Notes under the pieces: model-generated | What the model was told of the DNA's origin: nothing | The model's database searches: none | What the model saw: only the letters and a program-made list of their open reading frames with translations | Program-made: the position numbers and the translations under genes | Assembly: GCA_963793425.1 (NCBI GenBank) | Contig: CAWCAG010000005.1 | Coordinates: forward strand, 1,696,001 to 1,760,000 | DNA: 64,000 nucleotides | Direction of reading: 5' to 3' | Origin: an uncultured cyanobacterium | Lineage (GTDB): Bacteria > Cyanobacteriota > Cyanobacteriia > Cyanobacteriales > CAWCAG01 | Shown: piece by piece, positions 31,097 through 41,375 of the stretch | How the letters are laid out: every line of letters starts with the position of its first letter | Numbering within the stretch: the stretch's first letter is position 1

Positions 31097-31833
31097 CTCC
31101 CCACTCCCTCCACCTGTGCTTGACAAGCTTCTGTGGAAACTGGTGCAGCAACAACCTCAACTTGTTGATATCCCGCTGTATTAACCAACTTTTCTATAGT
31201 CAATTCTGCTCTTTCATTGGCATCAGTTAATAGCCCTTTATCACAAGCGGTTTCCCTAATCTTCTGAAGAGTTTCTCGCTGTGCCAAAGTTTGTAATTCA
31301 GGGGCAACATCAGGCCCTAAATTCAAGAAACCTCGGTCATAATGATAAACTTTGGAGCGGTCTACATCAATCTTACTATCTAAAATTTCTGGGGGAGGTA
31401 GTTGAATAGTTACTGTTTCTGTCTCATCAGTATAGGTAACATCTTCAGCCTCAATTTTGCTTAAATCCACCCCGGCCCTAACCTCACCGTGGGCGACATA
31501 AAGTAAGGTCGTCGTACCTATGACCACTTCTCCTAACTTGCTATCTTGGCGGGTAGGGACTACCGCTTCCATAGTAAAAATAGCTGTTGTCAACTCACTA
31601 GCGCCACGAATCTGTTTAACCACTAAAGTTGGTACATCTACTTCTGGTTCAGATGAGGATAAATTCAAAAAAGCAGCAATATTACCCCAAACATCAGAAC
31701 CCAATTGCTTAAGTACAAGCAAAAATATAATAAAAAGTAAGACAACGCCGCCTACAGAAACTAATAAAGAATTCTTAACTAAAAAAGAGATTAAATTGCT
31801 GTTAGATTCTTTGTGTGGTTGCTGCTTCATCAC
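31093..31833 (-). CDS. DUF4230 domain protein
   Basis: N-terminal transmembrane helix; SELTTA, GEVRAGVDLS, LPPPEILDSKIDV. Confidence 0.88.
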   Translation of the reverse strand: MMKQQPHKESNSNLISFLVKNSLLVSVGGVVLLFIIFLLVLKQLGSDVWGNIAAFLNLSSSEPEVDVPTLVVKQIRGASELTTAIFTMEAVVPTRQDSKLGEVVIGTTTLLYVAHGEVRAGVDLSKIEAEDVTYTDETETVTIQLPPPEILDSKIDVDRSKVYHYDRGFLNLGPDVAPELQTLAQRETLQKIRETACDKGLLTDANERAELTIEKLVNTAGYQQVEVVAAPVSTEACQAQVEGVGS

Positions 31834-32002
31834 TTTATACTCCTCTCCCTACTTTTGTGATGATATACTATCTTTTCTAATTTTAGGGAGAGAGAATCTA
31901 ACTAAGTGTAGGTTTTTTGCAAAGATGAGGTTAAAAAATAAATAATAAATAAAGAGTGCAAAAGTTGTACTGTAATTCCTATGTCTAAAGTTTTAATTAC
32001 AA

Positions 32003-32650
32003 ATGAAGCACAATAAAACCACATCATCAGAGTCTAAGCTATCCCTTATTTGCGGCATTATTGGTATCTTCGGTTGTTTGAGTGTAGTTGTTGCTGACAT
32101 AATTGGCATCATCTTGGTAGACAAACACAATCCAATCAGGGAAACAATTAGCGCCCTAGCCATTGAAAAATATGCTTGGGTTCAAGACACTGGCTTAGAC
32201 CTCTATGCTATTGCTATGATAGCTTGTGCAATTGGGCTTTACAGGTGGAATTTAGGAGGAATAAAATGGAAAATCGGCAACATTCTACTAGGCTTACTTG
32301 GTATTGATATTGTCCTAATTGCTGAACATAATCAGTATGCAGGTAGACCGGGAGTAGGGGCTGCTTTACATATCTATTTTGTCTATGCCCTTGCTGTGCT
32401 GTTTGCACTTTTAACCTTACTTCTAGCCTTTGGATTGCGAAAACTCGGTGAAAAGTGGTATCGCTATAGTTTGGGTACTTCCTTAGTTTGGACAGTCTTA
32501 TCTCCGATTTTCTTCTTTGTTCCTACCTCAATAGATGGCGCTTATGAGCGTTTCATCGCTATGATTACCATTGCTTGGGTAATAGCCGTATCTTGGCTAC
32601 TAATTCAAAGAGGACGGGGAAAAGTAGCTGTCGCCCATAGAAAACTGTGA
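32003..32650 (+). CDS. DUF998-like membrane protein
   Basis: HNPIRETISALA, multiple transmembrane helices, GAYER. Confidence 0.75.
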   Translation: MKHNKTTSSESKLSLICGIIGIFGCLSVVVADIIGIILVDKHNPIRETISALAIEKYAWVQDTGLDLYAIAMIACAIGLYRWNLGGIKWKIGNILLGLLGIDIVLIAEHNQYAGRPGVGAALHIYFVYALAVLFALLTLLLAFGLRKLGEKWYRYSLGTSLVWTVLSPIFFFVPTSIDGAYERFIAMITIAWVIAVSWLLIQRGRGKVAVAHRKL

Positions 32651-33216
32651 ATACTCCTAGCCACTACATAATCAATCTTGCCCTTTTAGGCAAAACTATT
32701 TCTCCTCAAGAAAATATCGCCATTACGATTGGTGCAATTATTCCTGATGCACCGATTTTCCTTTTTTATTTTGTTGCTAAATTCATCCAAAAATTGCCAG
32801 ATAGCCAAATTTGGTCAGAAGCTTATTATCAACCTTTTTGGCAAAATATAATTTCACTCTTTCACTCTTTTCCTATCGCCTTAATCGGCTTGCTAATTTG
32901 CTTAACTTGCGGCTGGAAAACCGGAGCAATTTTCTTTGCTAGTATCTTTTTACATTGCCTTGCTGATATTCCTTTGCACAACGACGACGCACACCGTCAT
33001 TTTTTCCCTTTCAGTAATTATCGCTTCATCAGCCCGGTTTCCTATTGGGACCCCCAACATTATGGTAAAATTGCCGCTTTCGCAGAATTAACCTTAGTAC
33101 TCTTAGTCACCCCTTTCGTCTTAACAATTCTCCACTCCTTACCCGCTAAAGTCATCCTAATTATCTTAGATGTGTTAGCGGCAATCGCCTATTTACGCTT
33201 CTACGTTTTCCCCTAA
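32647..33216 (+). CDS. Membrane protein, putative metal-dependent hydrolase-like
   Basis: MNTPSH, GAIIPD, LFHS, LH..ADIPLHNDDAHRHFFP; GTGA overlap with the upstream gene. Confidence 0.75.
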   Translation: MNTPSHYIINLALLGKTISPQENIAITIGAIIPDAPIFLFYFVAKFIQKLPDSQIWSEAYYQPFWQNIISLFHSFPIALIGLLICLTCGWKTGAIFFASIFLHCLADIPLHNDDAHRHFFPFSNYRFISPVSYWDPQHYGKIAAFAELTLVLLVTPFVLTILHSLPAKVILIILDVLAAIAYLRFYVFP

Positions 33217-33245
33217 AAAAAAGGACAGGTAATTAACCTGCCCTC
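33215..33245 (-). terminator. Intrinsic terminator of petCA
   Basis: Minus strand GGGCAGGT-TAATT-ACCTGTCC followed by T8, directly after the petA stop. Confidence 0.75.
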
Positions 33246-33270
33246 AATAAGCTTTTTGAAAAAGAATGAA

Positions 33271-34257
33271 CTAGAAATTCATTTCCGCTGCTTGAACTCT
33301 TTCGATTTGTTTCTTCTTAATAACCAAGAAGATTTGGGTTAACATAATACCACCGAAGAAAAGCATTAACCATTTAATACGAGTAGGATCTTGTAAGACA
33401 ATTTCGCTATCTTCTTGACCAAAACCACCCACATTAGGATTAGTAGTTAAAGCTTCTCCTGCTGCTACTTCCTGACCTTCAGCCACAATTAATTCTGGCC
33501 CAACAGGAATAGTTTCTACCACAGTTTCGCCATCAGGAGTTTCAACACTAACTTGATAGCCAGTCCCTTCCTCTTTAGCGATTTGAGAAATTGTACCTGC
33601 TTGAGAAGACTTATAGACGCTATTGTTGCTAGCATCGCCAGTGGGGTAAATTTGACCTCTACCACGATTTGCTCCTAAGTGGACAGAATATTTGCCAAAA
33701 TGAATATTCTTATCCTGGGCAGGATCAGGAGAAAGAACAGGGAAGACAACTTCTTGATGTTCTTCACCAGGTAAAGGCCCCACTAAAACCCAATTTTCTT
33801 GTTCTGAGTTATAGGTTTGATAATAAACTCCACTAGTTTTTTCTTGGAGTTCTTCAGATAGTCTTTCTGGAGGAGCAATTTTGAAGCCGTCAGGCAACAT
33901 CAAAACCGCACCCACATTCAAACCACCTTTAGACCCATCTCCCAAAACTTGTTGGGAACTGAGGTCATAAGGAATTTTGACTACTGCTTCAAATACAGTG
34001 TTTGGGGCCACTGCAAGGGGAAGTTCAACCTCTGCCTCTTTTTCTGCCAAATGACAGTTGGCACAAACAATTCTCCCGGTGGCTTCACGGGGAGTTTCTG
34101 GGGCGGTTTGCTGCGCCCAAAAAGGATAAGCTGCTGCTGAGTCGGGGTAAGCAAAAATACCAGTGAACAATAAAGCAAAAGCTGCAACAGCTAAAATTGT
34201 TCTGATTATGGACTGCTTACCAGTTCGCCAAATTACTGATAATGAAGGTGTTCTCAT
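33271..34257 (-). CDS. petA: Apocytochrome f
   Basis: YPFWAQQ, GRIVCANCH heme motif, GANRGRGQIYP, NPNVGGFGQ. Confidence 0.98.
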   Translation of the reverse strand: MRTPSLSVIWRTGKQSIIRTILAVAAFALLFTGIFAYPDSAAAYPFWAQQTAPETPREATGRIVCANCHLAEKEAEVELPLAVAPNTVFEAVVKIPYDLSSQQVLGDGSKGGLNVGAVLMLPDGFKIAPPERLSEELQEKTSGVYYQTYNSEQENWVLVGPLPGEEHQEVVFPVLSPDPAQDKNIHFGKYSVHLGANRGRGQIYPTGDASNNSVYKSSQAGTISQIAKEEGTGYQVSVETPDGETVVETIPVGPELIVAEGQEVAAGEALTTNPNVGGFGQEDSEIVLQDPTRIKWLMLFFGGIMLTQIFLVIKKKQIERVQAAEMNF

Positions 34258-34356
34258 CTGCAAGCAAAAAAAATCAAGAGTTAGAAAAATTAGTCAATTT
34301 TAAAAATTAATTTCAGCGATCTTATGACTAGCGATCGCAATTTTATGAGGATGATT

Positions 34357-34899
34357 TTAGGACCACCAAGGTTTCTTACCAGTACGGAAATCCTCTTCTT
34401 TCCAAGGGCTAAAGACAACTTTGTCGTCTTCAGTAACATCAGCATGGGCTAAAGCTAAGGATAAGGGGGCAGGGCCTCTAACCACTTTACCTTCAGCATT
34501 GTATTGAGAACCGTGACAAGGACAAATAAACTTGCCTTCATTACCATTCCAAGGCACAACACAACCAAGGTGAGTACAAACAGCACTAATGCCATAGTTA
34601 GTGATTGTGTTGTCTTCGCTAATCACAATGTAAGTAGGATCACCCTTTAATCCTTGGGCTAATTCCCTTTCACCAGGATTGTGGGTAGCAAGGAATTCAC
34701 TAGCAGAAACATCATCACCTACAGCGTCCTTCGCTGTAACACCGCCCCCAGCACTACCGCTTGCTGGGGGAGTAAAATATTTCACTACAGGATAAAGCGC
34801 ACCTAAAGCTACGCCTGTGGCTGACCCGAAAGTCAGAAGATTCATAAATTGCCTACGTCCCATGCCAGGGACATCGGAGGAACCAGAAAGTTGAGCCAT
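34357..34899 (-). CDS. petC: Cytochrome b6f Rieske iron-sulfur subunit
   Basis: RRQFMNLL Tat signal, [21 protein letters not shown]. Confidence 0.98.
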   Translation of the reverse strand: MAQLSGSSDVPGMGRRQFMNLLTFGSATGVALGALYPVVKYFTPPASGSAGGGVTAKDAVGDDVSASEFLATHNPGERELAQGLKGDPTYIVISEDNTITNYGISAVCTHLGCVVPWNGNEGKFICPCHGSQYNAEGKVVRGPAPLSLALAHADVTEDDKVVFSPWKEEDFRTGKKPWWS

Positions 34900-35145
34900 A
34901 ACTAAACTATAAACTATATACTTATGTAAAGAATTCTGAGTTGAGCCTCAAATATTCTTAATTTTCCTTTAACGACAAATGTACAACTAGCAAGGATCTA
35001 GCAGGATTATGATAATCTTTGTCTTTAAAAAGGTTTACATCTTCTGTATTAGATTATTACAGAAAAGTTGCCTAGATGTACTGATTAATTGAGGAATTAG
35101 CCCTTAATTTAAAGATTTAAGGAAGAATAATGAATTTACTATCAA

Positions 35146-35219
35146 CGGGTACGGTAGGACTCGAACCTACGGCAAACGGATTAGAAATCCGCTACTCTAT
35201 CCACCTGAGTTACGCACCC
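35146..35219 (-). tRNA. trnR-UCU: tRNA-Arg (anticodon UCU)
   Basis: Minus strand GGGTGCGTAACTCAGGTGGATAGAGTAGCGGATTTCTAATCCGTTTGCCGTAGGTTCGAGTCCTACCGTACCCG folds as a cloverleaf with a GTTCGA T-loop; CCA not encoded. Confidence 0.95.
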
Positions 35220-35522
35220 AAAGCTTTGCTTATCCCCATCAGGCATTGTATCTGTGTAGAGCAGGATAAAGCAATAGTTTCACAATTATAGTTTTAGTTT
35301 TCTCCTTTATTCTCTTCAGCTTGCCTAATGTCAAGTTAAACTAAAAACCAAACCATAACAGTTGCTTAGATAGTATAGGTTATAACATAGGGCTTGAAAC
35401 TGCTAGATTAACAATCCCAGCAGTCACGCTATGACATTTAAAAACAGAGGGTAGGTTGGTTAACTTAAACTAGGTTATCCCCTTAACCCTGTCGATCCTG
35501 TCAGGAGTCATTTGCTAGTATC

Positions 35523-36185
35523 ATGTTTATTCTTAAAAGGCAGGATGTTGAAATCTCTAGCATTCAGCACCCCAAGCGAGATCAGCAAATTCCCATTCTT
35601 AATTATCAGGGACAAACATTTCGTTTGATTAAAGCTTTCCCCGCTAGTCAAGCTGAAGAAGCGAAAAACTTCTGGCGTGACCTCACAGATAATCAAGGCA
35701 AATTCTGTGTTTTGCTTGAAGAACCAGAACGCCATAGCATCTGGGGTAAAGTTAACTTAGAGCAGTTGGGAGATGATGCTGGTGGTGCAGGGAAAGTAGT
35801 TATTCCCTTCACTCAAGCTTGTCTGCTTTTACTGCAAACTGTTTATATTGATGTTGAAGATTTGTTAGGAGGGAGACAAGCAAAACTGTTTCAGCAGGAT
35901 CTTGCCAGTGTCTTTCAACAGTGGAAATTTCCTCAAGCTGATTCTCCTAAAGCGGTAAACGACCTCTTAACGATTGATCCTTTAACCAATCTCCCCATAC
36001 CTCCTTGGGAAGAACATCACTTAATCACTCTTTTACAAGAACTTCATCGTTTAGGTAAAGAATATTTCGGTAACGATAATTTTGCTGAAGGAGTGGCAGA
36101 AATCCTAGAAGATATGCCAGATAATGAACAAACCCAGTTTATTAATTGGCTCAATCAATCCCCCCTAGGCAAACTGTGGCAATAA
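35523..36185 (+). CDS. Conserved cyanobacterial protein (Npun_F0813-like)
   Basis: MFILKRQDVEI, ILNYQGQTF, WRDLTDNQGKFCVLLEEPER. Confidence 0.8.
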   Translation: MFILKRQDVEISSIQHPKRDQQIPILNYQGQTFRLIKAFPASQAEEAKNFWRDLTDNQGKFCVLLEEPERHSIWGKVNLEQLGDDAGGAGKVVIPFTQACLLLLQTVYIDVEDLLGGRQAKLFQQDLASVFQQWKFPQADSPKAVNDLLTIDPLTNLPIPPWEEHHLITLLQELHRLGKEYFGNDNFAEGVAEILEDMPDNEQTQFINWLNQSPLGKLWQ

Positions 36186-36228
36186 TCAAACCTAGCTTTT
36201 TCCTTAATGTGCATCTTTGTGAAGTCTT

Positions 36229-37275
36229 ATGAGACGCTCTGCCAAAAAAACATCGGGGTTACAAGAACTCGCGAGCGGCCAGAATATAGTTTATGCGGGT
36301 ATTGCCTGGGCCATTTTTTCTTTATTGTTCTTTTTATTGTTTAGCACTCCCATTCCTGAGCAAGATAATCCTTTTTGGTATTTGTTTGGTACATACATTT
36401 TAGAATGTGTACCTTTTTTAGCTGCGGCCTTACTATGTTTTCGTAATTGGCGCAGTCCGCAAATTGCCAGTGGTAGAAATGTCTGGTTAGGCATAGGCTT
36501 AGCTATGGCTTGTTATTTAGTAGGGAACTTGCTCTTTGGCTGGTGGGAATTACACTGGAATCTTGATCCCGACGTTTCTCCTGCCGATTTGTTCTATATA
36601 GCTTTTTACCTCTTCATTAGTTGGGGTATGATTTTAGCTGTACTACCTCGGCGCTTAAACTTAGAAAAGTGGCAGTGGCTAACTGTAGGAGGAATTGCGG
36701 TGGTAGGTATCGCTTTTGCTGCTTTGGTTAGTTGGGATGCCCCAGCAGAAGCCACTGAGGTACATGGCTGGAGTGGTAAGGCAACCACACAATTAGTTGC
36801 ACAAGCTCAACAACCGGCCCCCTCTCCTAGTGTTTCTCCCCCTTCTCCGGCAACTCCAGCTACACCTACGGCTTCTCCTACACCAGTTATCGAGGAGGAA
36901 GCCGAGTCGGCAACCAGCGCCCCTGTTTGGGTTCAATCCCTTAATGACTCCTTAGAAAAATTATCCAAGCCAGTAAATTTATTTTATGTAGTGGCAGATG
37001 TATTTTTGTTGATTGTTGCTACGACTTTACTACTAGCTTTTTGGGGTGGTCGTTTCTCCCAGTCTTGGCGCACCATTGCAGCAGCAACTTTAGCTTTATA
37101 CATAGCTGATATGTGGTTTAAATATACTGCCACCCTACCCGATTATGAAAGTGGCAGTCTACTAGAGGTGTTTTATGTCTTTAGTGCTGTATTATTTGCT
37201 ATCGGAGCGGCCCTAGAATATGATATATCGAGCCGTTCTCGTCGGGGTGGTCGAGGTAGGCGCAAACGGGGCTAA
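36229..37275 (+). CDS. Conserved hypothetical membrane protein
   Basis: 348 aa, multiple transmembrane helices, RNWRSPQIASGR, AFWGGRFS. Confidence 0.8.
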   Translation: MRRSAKKTSGLQELASGQNIVYAGIAWAIFSLLFFLLFSTPIPEQDNPFWYLFGTYILECVPFLAAALLCFRNWRSPQIASGRNVWLGIGLAMACYLVGNLLFGWWELHWNLDPDVSPADLFYIAFYLFISWGMILAVLPRRLNLEKWQWLTVGGIAVVGIAFAALVSWDAPAEATEVHGWSGKATTQLVAQAQQPAPSPSVSPPSPATPATPTASPTPVIEEEAESATSAPVWVQSLNDSLEKLSKPVNLFYVVADVFLLIVATTLLLAFWGGRFSQSWRTIAAATLALYIADMWFKYTATLPDYESGSLLEVFYVFSAVLFAIGAALEYDISSRSRRGGRGRRKRG

Positions 37276-37286
37276 GTGGAGATAGC

Positions 37287-38237
37287 ATGAGTCCAAGAAA
37301 ACTTACTGACACTAACAGAAACGAAATTCTCGACTTATATCGAGATACAGGAGAGACGACTTCAACCTTAGCGGAGCGCTATGGTGTAAGTAGTTCAACC
37401 ATTAGCCGTTTTCTTAAAAGTAGGCTATCAGAGTCTGAATATGAAGAGTTGATTCAGCAAAAACGCCTGAGTCGAACTCCTGGCCGAGATACTGATTCTC
37501 CCAAAACTAACGAGGAAGAAAAACCGTCCCAACTAGATAATGATGTTCCTGAAACAAATGATGAGGAAGAAAAACCACTTCAAGTCGAAAAGCTGAAGCT
37601 GAAACCTAAGCAGGAGCCTATATTAGCAGAAGAAAAAACCTCTGAAGAAAAAACGACTAGTTCTCCTCGCCGTCGGCGACGACGCTCTTCTGTAGAAGAA
37701 GAACAACCAACTCCCCAAACCCAGCTTAAATTACCTGTCTTTACTGAGGATGAAGATGAGGAAGATGAAGATGAAGATGAGGACAATAATGATGATTTAG
37801 CTGTTCTCGAAGAAATGTTGGGTGAAGACATCTCTGACGATGATGATGATGATTGGGATGAGGACGATGAAGACGATGAAGATAGCGCAGATGATAAGGC
37901 TGTTTATCAACTTCGCCCTCGTTCAACGGAGGTTAGCATATTTCCTATTTCCGAAGCTGCTTTACCAAAAACCTGTTATGTGGTTATAGATAGGGCGGCG
38001 GAATTAATTACTCGTCCTCTCAAAGAATTTAGGGATCTTGGTCAAATTCCTAAAGAGGAAGTACAACAAAGGACTTTACCTGTTTTTGATAATCACCGAG
38101 TGGCAAGGCGTTTTTCCAATCGCTCTCAACGGGTAATTAAAGTTCCCGATGGTGCTATGTTGCAAAAAACCAGTTCCTATTTACAAGCTAAAGGTATTAA
38201 TTTATTGCTTATTGATGGTCAGGTTTATAAAGTTTGA
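37287..38237 (+). CDS. HTH-domain protein with an acidic low-complexity region
   Basis: N-terminal HTH (TSTLAERYGVSSSTISR), D/E-rich middle, C-terminal domain (LPVFDNHRVARRFS). Confidence 0.8.
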   Translation: MSPRKLTDTNRNEILDLYRDTGETTSTLAERYGVSSSTISRFLKSRLSESEYEELIQQKRLSRTPGRDTDSPKTNEEEKPSQLDNDVPETNDEEEKPLQVEKLKLKPKQEPILAEEKTSEEKTTSSPRRRRRRSSVEEEQPTPQTQLKLPVFTEDEDEEDEDEDEDNNDDLAVLEEMLGEDISDDDDDDWDEDDEDDEDSADDKAVYQLRPRSTEVSIFPISEAALPKTCYVVIDRAAELITRPLKEFRDLGQIPKEEVQQRTLPVFDNHRVARRFSNRSQRVIKVPDGAMLQKTSSYLQAKGINLLLIDGQVYKV

Positions 38238-38281
38238 GCGAGAGGGAAAAAGCACAGACATTGACAAATGTTGAATGTCAA

Positions 38282-38611
38282 ATGCTAAATGCTGAAGGTT
38301 ATGGTCTTGTGTTGGTAACAGCTTCTAGCCAGGAAGAAGCTGATGCCATTGCTACCTCTCTGGTTGCTAATAAGTTAGCTGCCTGCGTAAGTATAGCTCC
38401 GATTCGCTCCCTCTATATCTGGCAAGGGGAAGTTCATAATGAGCAGGAATGGCAATTAACGATTAAAACCCATTTACGGAAGTTTAAGGAAATAGAAGAA
38501 CAGGTTCGTACTATCCATTCCTACGAAGTTCCAGAAATAATTGCTATACCAATTGTGGCAGGTTCCCAACCTTACTTAAATTGGCTTGCAGAACAAACCG
38601 AATCTAACTAA
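38282..38611 (+). CDS. cutA: Divalent-cation tolerance protein CutA
   Basis: LAACV, SLYIWQGE, IKT, HSYEVPEIIA; ORF open from 38234. Confidence 0.93.
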   Translation: MLNAEGYGLVLVTASSQEEADAIATSLVANKLAACVSIAPIRSLYIWQGEVHNEQEWQLTIKTHLRKFKEIEEQVRTIHSYEVPEIIAIPIVAGSQPYLNWLAEQTESN

Positions 38612-38635
38612 TTTTTCCTAGAATCCAAGCTTATA

Positions 38636-39013
38636 CTAACTGGTTCTTCTTTTTAATAGTCCTTGTAATAGTATGGGAGGGGGAGATTGGGTAGTGAAGT
38701 GGTAACTGGCGTGGGCCCCGTTGGGGTAGAGGAAAGTACAAATTACTGAAACTTCAGGATTGTATTTAATTAGCAATTCTTGTAAACCAGCTTCTTTCCA
38801 GTCGCTAATGGTTAAGGGGATGGTAGTCATCGTCTTAAATTTGAGTTGCCAGTTTTCTAAGGTTTCAAGATTTTGCTCCAATTGCCTCAGAATAATCAGA
38901 GTGCCTTTTTCTTTTGCTTCGGTGTAACCTTGATAGGCGATCGCACCGAAATAATCTGCATGGGCTTCGATGACCTTGATTTGTTGTTCTTTTGACTCTA
39001 ATGGCGTAGGCAT
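38636..39013 (-). CDS. Hypothetical protein
   Basis: 125 aa ORF downstream of thiO on the same strand. Confidence 0.6.
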   Translation of the reverse strand: MPTPLESKEQQIKVIEAHADYFGAIAYQGYTEAKEKGTLIILRQLEQNLETLENWQLKFKTMTTIPLTISDWKEAGLQELLIKYNPEVSVICTFLYPNGAHASYHFTTQSPPPILLQGLLKRRTS

Positions 39014-39082
39014 AATCTCGTGTATTCGGTGGATGTTGAAAAAAATTCCTCTGGAGGATGACTTTTCTCTCCATCATAGGAA

Positions 39083-40210
39083 TTAGGGAAAATCCACGCA
39101 ATCCCCAATTTCAAAACGATCCCAACGGAAGTTAGTTAGTAAAGGGTCAATTTTTTGCTCCCAAACCAAGTCAGCTATTAAACTTGCTGTAATAGGGGCA
39201 AGGAGAATACCATTGCGGTAATGTCCTGTAGCTAGGGTAAGATTCGGCCAGGGGCTAGTACCTAAAATAGGCAATTCGTCAGGGGTGGCAGGGCGATATC
39301 CCCACCAAAATTCTTGGATAGGGAAATTTTCTAGGGGGGGATAAAGGCGAATGGCTTGGGTAAGTAATTGTTGGATTCCTGATGGGGTGTTGTGAGGAGT
39401 AAAACCGACATTTTCTGAGGTGGCTCCAATGACAATTAAACCATCTCGCCGAGGGACGATATAAATTTGCTGCCCAAATAGTACTTGTTTGAGGGGGAGT
39501 TTTTCTTTTCCTGGGGGAACTTTAACCGAAAGCATTTGCCCTTTTTTAGGATAAATGGGCATGGGTAAAAGTTGTTGACTCCAAGCCCCTGTAGCGAGGA
39601 TATAATGTGAACCTTGAATCAAACCTTGGTTGGTTTTTAGGGCCACAACTTCTTTGCGGGGAGAGTTGAGAATTTCTTTAACTTCGACTCCTTCGTGCCA
39701 GTTAATCCCTAATTCTTGAGCCGCAACTCTTAGTACTTTCATTAAGGCACGACGATTATCAACCTGTCCATTTTGGGGATACCACCAACCCCCGACTACA
39801 TCTGCCCCTAAGTTGGGTTGGTGTTGACTAATTGCTTCTTGATTGAGCCATTGGCGAGAGGAAGAATCTGTTTGGAGGGTATTAACAGGCGAGTCTTCTT
39901 GATAAATAGGAGCGAGAATACCGCAATTCCAGTAACCTGTATCCAATCCGGTAATACTTTCTAACTTTCTTGTCCAATCTTTGTACATAGAAAGACTGGA
40001 ATCGCACAACTCTAACATCGGGCTAGGGGGGATTTGTTCCGCTTGGGGGGCTAGCATTCCCGCCGCAACATGACCTGTGGCTTCTTGGAAGCTGCGACTA
40101 AGGACTGTGACACCAACACCCCGCAATTTTAGTTCAATGGCGATAGAAAGCCCAATAACGCCGCCACCGACAATAATTACCTCACCCCTAGAGCTAATAC
40201 CCTTTACCAT
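39083..40210 (-). CDS. thiO: Glycine oxidase ThiO
   Basis: GGGVIG FAD motif, AAGMLAPQAE, GYRPATPDELPILG, GHYRNGILLAP. Confidence 0.93.
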   Translation of the reverse strand: MVKGISSRGEVIIVGGGVIGLSIAIELKLRGVGVTVLSRSFQEATGHVAAGMLAPQAEQIPPSPMLELCDSSLSMYKDWTRKLESITGLDTGYWNCGILAPIYQEDSPVNTLQTDSSSRQWLNQEAISQHQPNLGADVVGGWWYPQNGQVDNRRALMKVLRVAAQELGINWHEGVEVKEILNSPRKEVVALKTNQGLIQGSHYILATGAWSQQLLPMPIYPKKGQMLSVKVPPGKEKLPLKQVLFGQQIYIVPRRDGLIVIGATSENVGFTPHNTPSGIQQLLTQAIRLYPPLENFPIQEFWWGYRPATPDELPILGTSPWPNLTLATGHYRNGILLAPITASLIADLVWEQKIDPLLTNFRWDRFEIGDCVDFP

Positions 40211-40597
40211 TGCTCACCAGTTATACGTAAAGATAATAGTAATCAATTGTAAGGTGCTTTGAGAATAAACAAGGTTAGGATTTTGTTCTCCTTTTTCTAC
40301 TCCTTTGGGCATACTTGACTGCCTCTTGCTACTACCTTTACTTATTCTTTTCCACCTTTAACCTCATCGTTTCTCTGTTTGTGCTTTTTTACTCCTTGTT
40401 TTTTCTCTTCATGAATAATCCAGGTTAACTGGCTGCAACTAGATAAAAACACAACAAGAATGCTAGAAATAGTCAAGCATTTACCAGGTTTCATCACAGG
40501 GCTGATAGGAGCAAAGTATTTTTGTGCTTTTAAGGTTGCGTAGGCAAAGCCCATTGTGGGTATCGCACTCTTCTTAATGTTTACACCAAGCATGGGT

Positions 40598-41348
40598 TTA
40601 TAAACCATTTTTAGAAGAGTCACGTGCTAATTTAGCCAGTAATTTTCTACGGTTGTTGATAGCTAGTTCAAAGTCAGGCTCAATCTCTAATGCTTTTTCA
40701 TAGGATTTTAATGCTTCATCAAATCGTTCTAGTTTTTCTAGTGTCCAACCTCGACTATTCCAAGCTTCATAAAAATCAGTTTTAATCTCTACAGCTTTGT
40801 TCAAGGAAGCTAACGCCTCTGAGTATTTCCCTGACCTGAATAACGTCAAGCCACGATTATACCAAGCAGCATAAAAATCAGGTTTAATCTCTAAAGCTTT
40901 GTCATAAGAAGCTAATGCCTCATTATACTTCTTAAACCTGAATAACTGGAGGTTGTTGCCCGTGTAAATAAACTAAAATTTCCAGCAATGCCTTAGCCAG
41001 TTGCTGCACTTCTTCCTCACTAAAAGTTCTGCCACTTTTCAAGCATTCTTGTAAAGATTTAGCTGGTATATAACTTTGCACCAAAGCAAAGCCTTTACCT
41101 ATTGATGTATCGATGTCAAAGTAATCTAAGTATTGAGGAATAGCTGGATGGGAAAGGCGTTGTAAAGTTTTGGCTTCTCTTTCAAAAAGCTTCCAATCTT
41201 CCCATTGACAATCTTCGCCAAAAGTTAGTAATTTAATCACTACTAATTCTTTAGTTTCTAAATCATGTGTTAAAAATGTACGCCTTCCAGAATTTTTAGC
41301 TATTTGTTTTTTAATAACATAACGTTCCTTTAGAACCCGCCGCGTCAT
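40598..41348 (-). pseudogene. Ser/Thr kinase-TPR gene remnant with an internal deletion
   Basis: Kinase N-lobe ends at PPVI, just before the catalytic HRD, and is joined out of frame to TPR repeats (ALASYDKALEIKPDF..AWYNRG) at 40939-40946. Confidence 0.82.
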
Positions 41349-41375
41349 TTTCGATGCTCCTCTTAATCACAATTA

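Noticed and set aside
35100..35219. tRNA-Arg as a genomic island attachment site
   Set aside because: No duplicated tRNA 3' end and no integrase; flanked by core genes
37287..38237. HTH protein as a transposase
   Set aside because: No DDE or Y1 catalytic motifs and no terminal repeats; sits in an operon-like run of conserved genes
40342..40623. 93-aa ORF with an internal lipobox-like LSSC
   Set aside because: Overlaps the TPR remnant and has no other support; at most a decayed fragment
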